Shown here one piece after another: positions 49,985-61,511 of a DNA stretch of 64,000 nt (position 1 is its first letter; every line of letters begins with the position of its first letter). This DNA comes from Squalus acanthias (lineage: Eukaryota): positions 5,768,001 to 5,832,000 of the forward strand of contig JASTWF010000033.1 in assembly GCA_030390025.1 (NCBI GenBank), given 5' to 3'. A program made the translations under genes and the position numbers. The notes beneath the pieces are model-generated. The model did not search any database and had not been told where the DNA came from. It worked only from the letters and a program-made list of their open reading frames with translations.

Positions 49985-51402
49985 ATTAGTTTGAGGAGCT
50001 GTAATAGTTTGAGGGTGTTGTATCACTTTGAGGTACTCTATTAGTTTGAGGGGGTGTATTAGTTTGAGGTAGTGTATTAGTTTCAGGGGCTGTATTAGTT
50101 TGAGGGGATGTAATACTTTGATGTTCTGTATTAGTTTGAGGTACTGTATTTTTTTGGGGGTGTGTATTAGTTTGAGGTACTCTATTAGTTTGAGGTGCTG
50201 TATTAGTTTGAGGTACTCTATTAGTTTGAGGGGCTGTATTAGTTTGAGGTATTGCATTAGTTTGAGGTATTGCATTAGTTTGAGGTACTCTATTAGTTTG
50301 AGGTGCTGTATTAGTTTGAGGTACTCTATTAGTTTGAGGGGCTGTATTAGTTTGAGGTACTCTATTAGTTTGAGGTTCTGCATTCGTTTGAGGTGCTGTA
50401 TTAGTTTGAGGTACTTTATTAGTTTGAGGGGTTGTATTAGTTTGAGGGGCTGTATTAGTTTGAGGTACTTTATTAGTTTGAGGGGCTGTATTAGTTTGAG
50501 GGTCTGTATTAGTTTGAGGGACTGTATTAGTTTGAGGTGCTGTATTAGTTTGAGGGGCTGTATTAGTTTGAGGGTCTGTATTAGTTTGAGGTACTTTATT
50601 AGTTTGAGGGGCTGTATTAGTTTGAGGGTCTGTATTAGTTTGAGGTACTTTATTAGTTTGAGGGGCTGTATTAGTTTGAGGGTCTGTATTAGTTTGAGGT
50701 GCTGTATTAGTTTGAGGGGCTGTATTAGTTTGAGGGTCTGTATTAGTTTGAGGTACTTTATTAGTTTGAGGGGCTGTATTAGTTTGAGGGGCTGTATTAG
50801 TTTGAGGGTCTGTATTAGTTTGAGGTACTTTATTAGTTTGAGGGGCTGTATTAGTTTGAGGGGCTGTATTAGTTTGAGGTACTTTATTAGTTTGATGTAC
50901 TTTATTAGTTTGAGGGGCTGTATTAGTTTGAGGTACTGTATTAGTTTGAGGGGCTGTATTAGTTTGAGGTACTGTATTAGTTTGAGGGGATGTATTAGTT
51001 TGAGGGGCTGTATTAGTTTGAGGTACTGTATTAGTTTGAGGGGATGTATTAGTTTGAGGGGCTGTATTAGTTTGAGGGGCTGTATTAGTTTGAGGGGCTG
51101 TATTAGTTTGAGGGGATGTATTAGATTGAGGGGCTGTATTAGTTTGAGGTACTGTATTAGTTTGAGGTACTGTATTAGTTTGAGGGGCTGTATTAGTTTG
51201 AGGGGCTGTATTAGTTTGAGGGGCTGTATTAGTTTGAGGTACTGTATTAGTTTGAGGTACTGTATTAGTTTGAGGGGCTGTATTAGTTTGAGGGGCTGTA
51301 TTAGTTTGAGGGGCTGTACTAGTTTGAGGAGCTGTATTAGTTTGAGGGGCTGTATTAGTTTGAGGGGCTGTACTAGTTTGGGGGGCTGTATTAGTTTGAG
51401 GA
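49985..51402. repeat. 18-bp minisatellite (TATTAGTTTGAGGGGCTG), roughly 79 copies
   Basis: Read directly; 6-aa periodic ORFs PQTNTA, LKLIQP and LRGCIS. Confidence 0.97.
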
Positions 51403-51829
51403 TCCATCGACACAAATTCCTCACTTTAATTGTTTAAATAAATGGCCACAGTTAAGGCGGACAGCCCCATCCCAGTGTGCAGCAGAGCAGCCCTGAGCGC
51501 ACATCCTAACATTTGGAATTTAATTACTGAATGGCCACAGCAGAGTGAAAGACATCACCGAAACAATGTGAGATCTAGAGATGGGCCTGGTGGTGTTTGA
51601 AACAACAACCCAATTCCTGGGAGAATACAGCTGGCAATGTTCATTAGTTAATTCATGTGATCAGAAATTTCCGGTCTTTGGGGTTTTCAATTTCAATCTC
51701 AGCACTAAATATATTCCATCACTGCAGGGAATTAACTCGGCTGTCGTCATCTGTTTTTAAAATGTTTTTTTTTTAACAGTATTTTCAGCGATGTTGCTAC
51801 CTCACTGTCCTCGTGGAGATCCCGCAGGG

Positions 51830-51840
51830 TATATATGAAA
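51830..51840 (+). promoter_or_regulatory. Candidate TATA box of the GPCR gene
   Basis: TATATATGAAA ~90 bp upstream of the exon 1 ATG, with GC-rich flanks. Confidence 0.45.
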
Positions 51841-51921
51841 GGCTCTGGGAATGTCGCGCCTCAGAGTTTAATTCAGAGAGATTGCCTGCATCACGAAGAG
51901 ACACATCGCTTCACACAGAAA

Positions 51922-51988
51922 ATGCATCGACCAATTCAACATATGGAGAAAATATGCTGCATGATCATTGCCGTCATTGGTGTTCCTG
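51922..51988 (+). CDS. GPR139-like: GPR139/GPR142-like class A GPCR, coding exon 1 (N-terminus and first half of TM1)
   Basis: ATG...MHRPIQHMEKICCMIIAVIGVP plus G, then donor GTAAGT at 51989. Phase 1 matches the acceptor at 61511 and gives GVPVNLLAIVIL. Confidence 0.85.
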
Positions 51989-52291
51989 GTAAGTGATTAT
52001 AACCATTGAAGTTGTGTAAATCTGTGTGTGAGCTGGCCTCTGGTCTGGCTCTGTGACTGATAATGTTACATCCTGATCTAGTGGTCACCGTTACACAGAC
52101 ACCCGATCAGTGATAACATTTCGGTTAGTGTAATGTCGTAAATTACTTCTGAAGTTTTATTCCATTGCCTCAACTGAAAGTAAAATTCTGTTTGTAACTC
52201 ACAGGCTCGCTGTGTTATGAAGTTATTGCTTTTAGTGAAATATTGTGTACTTTTTAATCAGACCTCAGCAAAATCAACCCTGTGAGAGTAG

Positions 52292-52607
52292 GTATTAGTG
52301 GAAGGGACTGTCACTGTAGAACGACTGAGTGTGGGTGACCAACTGGGGTGGAACACCTCATCCCAGTGGCCATGTATAACTGGGATTGCCTGTCTTGTAG
52401 AATTGTACTGAGTGTGGGTCACTAACTGCAGGGGAACACCTCACCCCAGCGGCCATGTATTACTGGGAATATCTGTCACTGTAGAACGGTACTGAGTGTG
52501 GGTCACCAACTGCAGTGGAACACCTCACCCCAGCGGCCATGTATTACTGGGAATATCTGTCACTGCAGAACTGTCCTGCGTGTGGGTCACTAAACCGAGT
52601 GGAACAA
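52292..52607. repeat. 82-84-bp tandem repeat, ~3.7 copies, in the GPCR intron
   Basis: TGTCACTGTAGAAC-like starts at 52309, 52391, 52474 and 52558. Confidence 0.9.
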
Positions 52608-52746
52608 GTCGGTTCGAATTTGAAATTATTATTTGAGATAATTGATCTCTCCCCTTCATGGAGCTGCATTCGTGTTTTCTCAATGTAACCAACGGCAAAG
52701 GGGATGATTTTTGCTGTTGGTTGAAAACGTTTGGTTATAAGCATAT

Positions 52747-53236
52747 GAGGCGCTGCAGCGAAGGTTCACCACATTGATTCCTGGGATGTGAGGGCTGTCC
52801 TATGATGAGAGATTGTGTAGAATGGTCCTATACTCTCTGCAGTTTAGAAGAATGAGAGGTGATCTCATTGAAACATACAAGATTCTGTAGGGGATTGCCA
52901 GGGTTAGATGCTGAGAGGTTGTTTCCCCTGGCTGAAGTGTCCAGAACTGGGTGGCATAGTCTCAGGATAAGGGGAAGTCCTTTTCAGACTGAGATTAGAA
53001 GGATATTCTTCACTTAGAGGGTTGTGAATCTTTGGAATTCTCTGCCCCAGAGGCCTGTGAAAGTATATTCAAGACTGAGATAGATAGATTTTTGGACTCT
53101 AGCGGAATCAAGGGTTATAGAGATCGGGCAGGAAAGGGCTATTGAGGTCGATGATCAGCCATGATCTTATTGATTGGCGGAGCTGGTTCGAGGGGCCGTA
53201 TGGCCTACTCCTGCTCCGATTTCTTATGTTCTTATG
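52747..53236 (+). mobile_element. CR1 LINE 3' end
   Basis: QRRFTTLIPGM...FRRMRGDLIETYKIL remnants; (TTCTTATG)n tail. Confidence 0.9.
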
Positions 53237-53844
53237 CTCATATATAAGGTGAAATGTATTGATAATGCCTTGTTTCCTATTGAACTGCACCAACAGAAAC
53301 AGATCTTAACTAATTACTGACAAGTTAGCAGCAGGAGAGCAGTGTTACGATATTCAAATCCTCTGTATAATGATGTATTCTTATTTTATGTATAGTTATT
53401 GTAAACAATTTAATTGTTTTGGTGCTGATTTATCCACTTCCCGCAACACGGCCCTGAGAATCTGTGGGTCATGAGTGCTGAATTTCATTATGTTACCGTT
53501 AGACGGGATGAATATTGGGCTGTGGTCATTGATTATTGCACTGCTGTAACTGATTAAGGTGTGAAGAACCAGTTCTTATCTCTGATTCAGAGTCTCTACC
53601 TGCAACGAGCTCTGGCCTTAGCTCAGTGAGGTGAGTCCCTGCGAGGAGGGACACGCATAACTGATCGAACACGCTTATCAGGTTTTCATAATACACAGAT
53701 CAGTCCCGGGGGCAGTAAATAGTTGCATTAATGCATTGATAATGATCAAATAAATAGTGCAATGCTTCAATAACTAACACACTTCAATGATTAAATGAAC
53801 TGATCAATGTGATTAATTTGTACTCAAGTTACGGAGAACTCCTT

Positions 53845-55068
53845 AGAATTTACAGCACAAAACAGGCCATTCGGCCACACTAGGTTATACCAGTGTTTAT
53901 GCTCCACAGGAGCCTCCTCCCATCCCTCTTCATCTCACCCGATCAGCATAACCTTCTACTGATTTCCATCTCGTGTACTTCTCTAGCTTCCCCTTAAATG
54001 CATCTCTGCTATTCGCGTCAAGTACTCCAAGTTGTAGCGAGTTCCACATTCTAACCAATCTCTGAGTAAAGAAATTTCGCCTCAATTCCGTATTGGATTT
54101 ATTAGTGACTCTCTTTTATCGATAATTCCAATTTTGCACTCACGTCTCAAGTATAAACATCTACCCTATGTTACCCCTTCAAAATTTAAAGGCCTCTATT
54201 CGGCCACCCCTCTGCCTTCGCTTTTGTAAAGAAAGGAGACCCAGCCTGTTCAATCATTCCTGATGGTTATAACGTCTCAGTTCTGGTGTCATCCTTGTAA
54301 GAAAAATTGCACTTTATCCTGTGTCTTAATATCCTTTATGTAATATGGAGATCAGAACTGCACACAGTACACTCAGTGTGGTATAACCAAGGTTCGATAT
54401 AACTTTAAGCTAACCTCTTTGCTTAACGATTCTATTCTTCTAGAAATGAACCCCAGTGCTTTGTTTCCATGTTTATGGCCCTGTTACCATGCGTTGCTAC
54501 TTTAAATGATTTATTAATGGGTACCCTTCTACCCCATTCCCGCTCTGATTTTCCAAGGAGTATTTGGGAACGTTTTTCTTCTTACCAAAATGCTATACCT
54601 CTCACTTAGCTATACTGAAATTAATTTGCCATTTAAACGCCCTTTCTGCAAGTTTATTAATGTCTTCAGTTATTGTGTTGCATTCTTCCTCTGCATGAAC
54701 TCTATTCCCAATTTGGATTCATCTGCAAATTTTGAATTTGTGCTTCTGCTTCCTGAATCAATATCATTTATGTAAATGATGAACAACAGTGGTCCCAACG
54801 CCGATCCTTGTGGAACATCACTTCTCACCATCCAGCTAGCTGAGTAAATAGCTTTATCCACTACTCCCTATTTTCTGTTCTTGCAGCCATCTTGCTATCC
54901 ATTCTGCTGCTTGCCTCCTAACTCCACCTGCTCTGTGATTCAGTCTGCTATGTGGTACCTTATCGAATGGCTTTAAAAAATCAAAATATATTACATCTAT
55001 TACATTAACCTTACCTAATCTTTCTGGCACTTATTCAAAGAATTCACTAAGGTTACTCAAGCAAGACA
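53845..55068 (-). mobile_element. Old CR1 LINE fragment
   Basis: [21 protein letters not shown]...KFADESKLG. Confidence 0.85.
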
Positions 55069-55810
55069 TTCCAAAGGGTGTGCAGGAACAGATGGACCCG
55101 GGGGTACATGTACAAAATCGATGAAGGTGGCAGGGCAGGTTGAGAAAGCGGTTAAAACTGCTTACGGGAATCTGAGCTTTATACATAGAGGAATAGAATA
55201 CAAAAGCGAGGAAGTTATGATAAACATTTATAAAACATTGGTTAAGCCACAACTGGAGTATTGTGTCCAATTCTGGGCATCGCACTTTAAGAGGGGGATG
55301 AAGGCTTTAGAGAGGGTGCAAAAAAGATTCACAAGAATGGTTCCAGGGATGAGGGACTTCAGTTATGTAGATATACTAGAGAAGCTGGGGTTGTTCTCAT
55401 TAGAGCAGAGAAGATTGAGAGGAGATTTGATAGAGGTGATCAAAATCATGAGGGGTCGAGACAGTGTAGACAGAGTAGATAGAGAGAAGATGTTTCCATT
55501 GGTGGAACGGTCGAGAAACAGAGGATACAGGTTTTAGGTGATGTGCTGAAGATCCAAAGGCGACATGATGAAAATCTTTTTAAGGCAGTGAGTGGTTATG
55601 ATCTGGAATGCACTGTTTGAAAGGGTGGTGGAGGCAGATCCAATCGTGGCTTTCAAAAGAGAATGGGATATGTACCTGAAGGAAAATAATTGCAGGGCTA
55701 TGGCGAAAGGGCGAGGGATTGGAATTAGCTGCAGTGCATGTGCAGAGAGTGAGCTCGGGATCGACGGGCCCGGATGGCCTCCTTCTGTGCTGTAACCATT
55801 CTATGATTCC
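55069..55810 (+). mobile_element. CR1 LINE 3' end
   Basis: KTLVKPQLEYCVQFW...ALERVQKRFTRMVPG...RRLRGDLIEV; TTCTATGATTC tail. Confidence 0.9.
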
Positions 55811-56029
55811 CTTTTGGAATACCTGCTGAATACTCGTTATTATATTTTTGCTTCTAGATGTTTTTCTGTTACATTTTTGAGTAAGGATTCCATTATATTT
55901 CCTCGCATCGACGTTATGCTAACTGGTCCGTAGATCTTTGGAATTGCTCTGTGTTCCATTTTAAATACAGGAATGACATGTAAATGGTGCTCATGAGTAC
56001 CACATCATGTAAATGGTGAACCGCAGTGG

Positions 56030-57830
56030 TCTTCCCATCACTTCCTCGACTTCACGATCTTCATTTCAGGGGCTAGGACGTCCACCAATATCTACTATAA
56101 TCCCACCAACTCCCACAGGAAACTTGAGTAGACTTCCTCCCACCCAGCTTCCTGGACGGGCTCTATTCTATTCTCAAAGTTTCTCCGCCACCGTTGCATA
56201 CGTTCTGACGATGCCACCTTGCACACCAGTGCTTCCGAAATCTCTTCATATTTTCTCAGCCGAGTATTCACCTCCATTGTGATTGACAGGGCCCTTGACC
56301 GTGTCAATCCTACATTGCTCCCGTCACCACTTGCCCTCCCGGCTGGAACCCAGATAGGGTTTCCTTTGTCCTCAGCTTCCAGTGCACCAGCCTTCACATT
56401 CAACTGATTATCCTCTGCCATTTCCGTCATGTCCAGCTAAGGCCACCAACAAACATATCATCCACTGACCTCCCATCCCCCGGCTCTCGCAACACCCTGA
56501 CCACTCTTCCGTCACCCCTAACATCTGCTCCCCTTCCCTGGCACCTTCCTATGCAAGTGCAGGAGATGCAACGGCCGCGATTTCCCCCTTTTCCATCCCA
56601 AGAGCCAGGGCCCCAAACAGTCCATCCACGTGAAAGACTAATTTACTTGTACTTCTTCCAATTCAGTATATCGTATTCGCTGCCCACGATCCAGTCTCCT
56701 GTACATTGGGTGGACTAAACGCAGATTGAGTAATTGCTTCGCTGAACGCCTCCGTTCAGTCCGCAAGTGTGATCCTGAGCTTCAGGTCACTTGCCACTTT
56801 AATTCTACATCCCACTCCCACTCTGAACTCACTGTTCTCGGCATCCTGCACTGTTCCCCTTTTAAACTCAATGAGGAACAGCACCGTATTTTTCGGTTAG
56901 GCAGTGTATTGCCTTCCGGACACAACACTAAGTATAAAAACTTCAGATCATAACCTCCGCTCCCGTTTTCTCGAACGACATGCGCTGCAATGGAAGATGG
57001 CTCCACAGAGCCACTGGGAGTGGAGGAGCTGGGGGCTGGGGTTTTGTGGTGTCCAACCCGGTACACCGCTAGCGGACTGGTCCAAACACCTGGGGTCTAC
57101 CAAGCTTTTTTTTAAAATTCGTTCTTGGAATGTGGGCGTCGCTGGCAAGGCCGACATTTATTGCCCATCCCTAATTACCCTCGAGAAGGTGGGCTATTTC
57201 AGAGGGCAGTTAAGATTCAATCGCATTGCTGTGGGTTTGGAGACACATATAGGCCAGACCGATTATGGACGGCAGATTTCCTTCCTCTAAAGGGCATTAG
57301 TGAACCAGATGAGTTTTTACGACAATCCGCCAGTTTTATTGTCACCATTACTAATACTAGTTTTTAAATTCCAGATTTTTTTAACTGAATTTAAATTCCA
57401 CAACTGCTTGTGGTGGGATTTGAACTCACGTCTCGTATTATTAGTCTAAGGCGCTGGATTACTAATCTAGTAACATAGCCACTAAATACCGTACCCGCAT
57501 CTCTGCCACATGTGCCCTACTACCCCTCACCCTTGTTATTCTGCTGTAACCATTTACACCTCCTCTAGACCCATCTTCTGTTTCTTTAATTGTCCCATTC
57601 GCCTTGCACCACCATCCCTTGTGTCATTGAATCACTCCTGCCCTCCAGCCAATCACAGACTTTGTTCTTTCCTTATGCAACCGCACTTTTCTCTGACTCT
57701 ATCATTGCTGTAATACTATTAATCTCTGATATCTTCCAGTTCTGATGAAAGGTCATCGACCTCAAATGTTAACTCTGTTTCTATCTGCAAAGATGCTGCC
57801 TGACCCGCTGAGTGTTTTCAGCATTGTTTT
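56030..57830 (+). mobile_element. Decayed Penelope-like element (RT C-terminus, GIY-YIG, terminus), interrupted by a SINE
   Basis: Homologous to 7140-8435: YSQSF...SASEISSYF; SVYRIRCPR.SLLYIGWTKRRLSNCFAERLRSV; terminal motif at 57736-57830. Confidence 0.8.
57105..57498 (-). mobile_element. tRNA-derived SINE with a LINE-derived tail
   Basis: Minus strand has an A-box-like TATTTAGTGG and a B-box GAGTTCAAATCCC. The 3' ~85 bp match the end of the LINE at 46177-46260. Confidence 0.8.
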
Positions 57831-57844
57831 TCTTAATTAAATTA

Positions 57845-60577
57845 AAGCTACTATTAAGTCAAAGGAGGAAGCTTATAAAGTTGCCAGAAAAAGCGGTCAG
57901 CCTGAGTAATGGGATCTTTTTAGAAATCAGCTAAGGGGAACCAAGAAATTGATAAAGAAAGGGGAAATGGAATACGAGCACAAACTAGCGAAAATTATAT
58001 AAACGGATTGTTAAAGCTTCTATAGGTATGTGAAACATAGAAACATATAAGATAGGACCAGGAGCAGGCCATTCGGCCCCTATAGCCTGCTCCGCCATTC
58101 AATGCGATCATGACTGATCATCCAAATTCAGAACCCTGTCTCTGCTTTCTCCCCATATCCCTTGATCCCTTTGGCCTTAAGAAATATATCCAACTCCTTC
58201 TTGAATCTATTTAATTAATTGGCCTCTACTGCCTTCTGTGGTAGAGAATTCCACATGTTCACCACTCTCTGGGTAAATAAATTCCTCCTCATTTCTGTCT
58301 AAAATGGCTTACCGCTTATCCTTAGACTGTGACCACTGGCTCTGGACTCTCCGACCATCGGGAACATCCTTCCTGCATCTAGTCTGTCCACGCCTGTCAG
58401 AATGTTATAACTTTCAATGAGATCCCCTCTCATTCCTCTAAACTCCAGCGAGTATAAGCCCAATCGACCCAATCTCTCATCATACGTCATTCCGGCCATC
58501 CCAGGTATCAGCTTGGTGAATCTTCGCTGAACTCCTTGCATGGCACGAACATCCTTCCTGAGATAAGGCGACCAAAACTGAACACAATACTCAAGATGTG
58601 GTCTCACCAAGGCGCTGTACAACTGCAGCAAGACATCCTTGTTCCTGTACTCAAACCCTCCCGCTACGAAGGCCAACATACCATTTGCCTTCTCAACCGC
58701 CTGCTGCACCTGCATGCTTACCTTCAGCGACTGGTGCACAAGGACACCCAGGTCTCGTTGCACTAGCGAAGGTAAATGTAGATCCGTTACAGTCAGAGAC
58801 GGGAGAATTTATAATGTGAATGAGGAAATGACAGAAAAATTAAAGAAATACTTTGTTTCTGTCTTCACGGAGGAAGACACAAAAAACCTCCTAGAAATAC
58901 GAGAAAACCAAGTGTGTCGCGAGAATGAGGAACTTAAAGAAATTATTATTACTAAAAAAACAGGACTAGCAAAATTAATGAGACAGAAAGTTGATAAATC
59001 TCAAGGACAGGATGACCTACATCCTAGAGTTTTGAAAGAGGTGGCCATTGGGATAGTGGACGCATTGGCTGTCATCTTCCAAAATTCTATAGATTCTGGA
59101 ACGGTTCCTGCAGATTGGAGGAGAGCAAATGTAACCCTGCTCTTTAAGAAAGGAGGGAGAGAGAAATCGGGGAACTACAGACCTGTTAGTCTCGCATCAG
59201 TAGTTGCGAAAATGCTGGAATCTATTATAAAGGATGCAATAACTGGGCACTTAGAAACTAATAGTAAGATTGGGCAGAGTTAACATGTATTTATTAAATG
59301 GAAGTCCTTTTTGACAAACTTATTGGATTTCTTTGAGGATGTAACTAGTGGAGTAGAAAAAGGGGAACTGGTAGATGTGGTGTATTTCGATTTTCAGACG
59401 CCCTTCGATCAGGTCCCACACAAGGGGCTGATGAACAAAATTACGGCACATGGACTTAGGGTAATATACTAGCATGGATTGATAATTGGTTAACAGACAG
59501 AAAACAAAGAGTAGGGATACACGGGTCTTTTTCAGGATGGCAGGCTGTGACTAATGGGGTAACGCAAGGATCGGTGCTTGGGCCTCAGCTATTCACAATC
59601 TATATCAATGATTTGGATGAGGGGACTTAATGTAACATTTCCAAATTTGCTGATGACACAAATTTCGGTGGCAGTGCCAGTTGCGAAATGGATGTGAAGA
59701 GGCTTCAAGGGGATCTCGAGAGGCTCAGTGAGTGGGCGAGATCATGGCAGATGGAATATAATGTGGATAAGTGTGAAGTTATCCAATTTGGTAGAAAAAA
59801 CAGAAAGGCAGTATATTTCCTAAATGGTGAAAGATTGGGGAATGCAGATGCTCAAAGGGGGCTGGATGTCCTTGTACATGATTTACTGAAAGTGAATTTG
59901 CAGGTGCAGCAAGCCATTAGAAAGGCAAATTGTATGCTGGTCGTCATTACAAGAGGATTTGACTACCGGAGTAAAGAAGTCTTACTCCAATTATGTAGGG
60001 TCTTCGTGATGCCACACCTGGATTACTGTGTACAATTTTGGTCTCCTTACCTAAGGAAGAATATACTTGCCACAGAGGAAGTGCAATGAAGGTTCATGAG
60101 ATTGATTCCTGGGATGGCGGGGCTGTCGTATGAGAAGAGATTGAGTAAACTAGGCCTGTATTCTATTGAATTCAGAAGAAAGAGAAGGGATCTCATTGAA
60201 GCATACAAAATTATTGCAGGGCTTGATAGGGTGGATACTGGGAGAATGATTCCCTTGGCTGGGGAGTCTAGAACCAGGGGCCACAGCCTCAGGATAAAGG
60301 GTAGGCCATTCAGGACTAAGATGAGAAGACATTTCTTCAAACAGAGGGTGGTGAATCTTTGCAATTCTCTACCCCAGAGGGCTATGGAGGCTCAGTCATT
60401 GGGTATATTCAAAACAGAAGTCGATAGATTTCTGACTGGTAAGGGCATCAAGGGATATGGCAATTGGGCCGGTGAATGGAATTGAGGCAGAAGATCAGCC
60501 GTAATCTCATTGAATGGCAGAGCTGGCTCGAAGGGCCGAACGGCCTACTCCTGCTCTGATTACTTATGTTCTTATGC
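57845..60577 (+). mobile_element. CR1 LINE, 5'-truncated and decayed, with a nested CR1
   Basis: KYFVSVFTEED; DLHPRVLKEVA; GNYRPVSLASVV; KFADDTNF; (TTCTTATG) tail. Confidence 0.92.
58034..58762 (-). mobile_element. Nested CR1 3' fragment, same subfamily as 21136-22881 and 26713-31235
   Basis: QRDLGVLVHQSLKVSMQVQQAV...RPHLEYCVQFWSPYLRKD; AACATAG tail at 58034. Confidence 0.92.
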
Positions 60578-60627
60578 TCTTAACCGATTTACAGCAGCCT
60601 CAGTATTTTGCATTTGGTCATATACTT

Positions 60628-61437
60628 CCGCCTGGATATCAACAGAGGCGGGTTATGTACGATGGCCGGTTGGTACGGGGTTAATACAGAATATCAGACA
60701 GGATACCTGGAAGTCCAGGTATTCCCGGACGTTGGCGTGTCTTAACTCCACAGCGTACGTCATTTGTCTTTGACTGGTTCACCACCCCGGAGGTCAGCCT
60801 GATTGACAGTCGGGCTGCCAGTCAGACAGGGTGGGGGGTCTCCGGAGCAGGACCAGGTAGATCCGATGGACGAAACTGGGTTGGATGGGGCGTTTTAACC
60901 GGTACCGGGAGTGTGACTGGTCCCGGGGGTTTGACTGGTCCCGGGGGTGTGACTGTTCCCGGGGGATTTGACTGGTCCCGGGGCTTTGACCGGTCCCGGG
61001 GGTTTGACCGGTCCCGGGGGGTTTGACCGGTCCCGGGGGGGTTTGACCGGTCCCGGGGGTTCGACCGCTCCCGGGTGTTTGTCCAATCCCCAGTCTTTGG
61101 GATGTCCGAACCCGACCCCTTGATGCTATCCTTGGGGTGCTCGGGCAGTGGGTAGAGCTTGCGGGGTGGGGCTGACATCATTCCCGAGGCCCAGGAAGCC
61201 CGGCCAGTCGTAGTTAAACCTGTGAACTGGTTAAATCAGAGGCTGCCCGCCTCATTGAAATATTTAACTTGCCAACTCGCCTCCATGGAGCGGTTTGCTG
61301 CCCGCCCCCCTGTCCCGTCTCCGTTAAACTCGGAAGCGGGCGGGTTGGAGGCGGGTTGGGTTCGGGAGAATATTGTTAAATTTTCACCTCTGACCCGACC
61401 CCAACCCGCCGGTTTTTGTGATGTTAAAATCCAGCCC
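60628..61437. mobile_element. Probable non-autonomous DNA transposon (MITE-like) with an internal 17-19-bp minisatellite
   Basis: Imperfect terminal inverted repeats GCCTGGATATCAAC...GCGGGTT and AACCCGC...GTTAAAATCCAGCCC; GGGGGTTTGACCGGTCCC repeats at ~60895-61080. Confidence 0.55.
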
Positions 61438-61511
61438 TTACTGTCTGGGCTCAGACACGGAGAATGTGTGATCAGTAATTTCCAGTCTCTTTTCACTTCT
61501 GTGTTTTACAG

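Noticed and set aside
49943..51437. 493-aa (LKLIQP)n and 445-aa (LRGCIS)n ORFs
   Set aside because: Alternative frames of the same 18-bp minisatellite, with no unique coding flanks.
53612..53640. TAGCTCAGTGAGG resembling a tRNA A-box
   Set aside because: No B-box or cloverleaf follows.
21136..60577. Reverse transcriptase ORFs as an active or domesticated gene
   Set aside because: All CR1, RTE and Penelope copies have stops or frameshifts; none has an intact ORF2.
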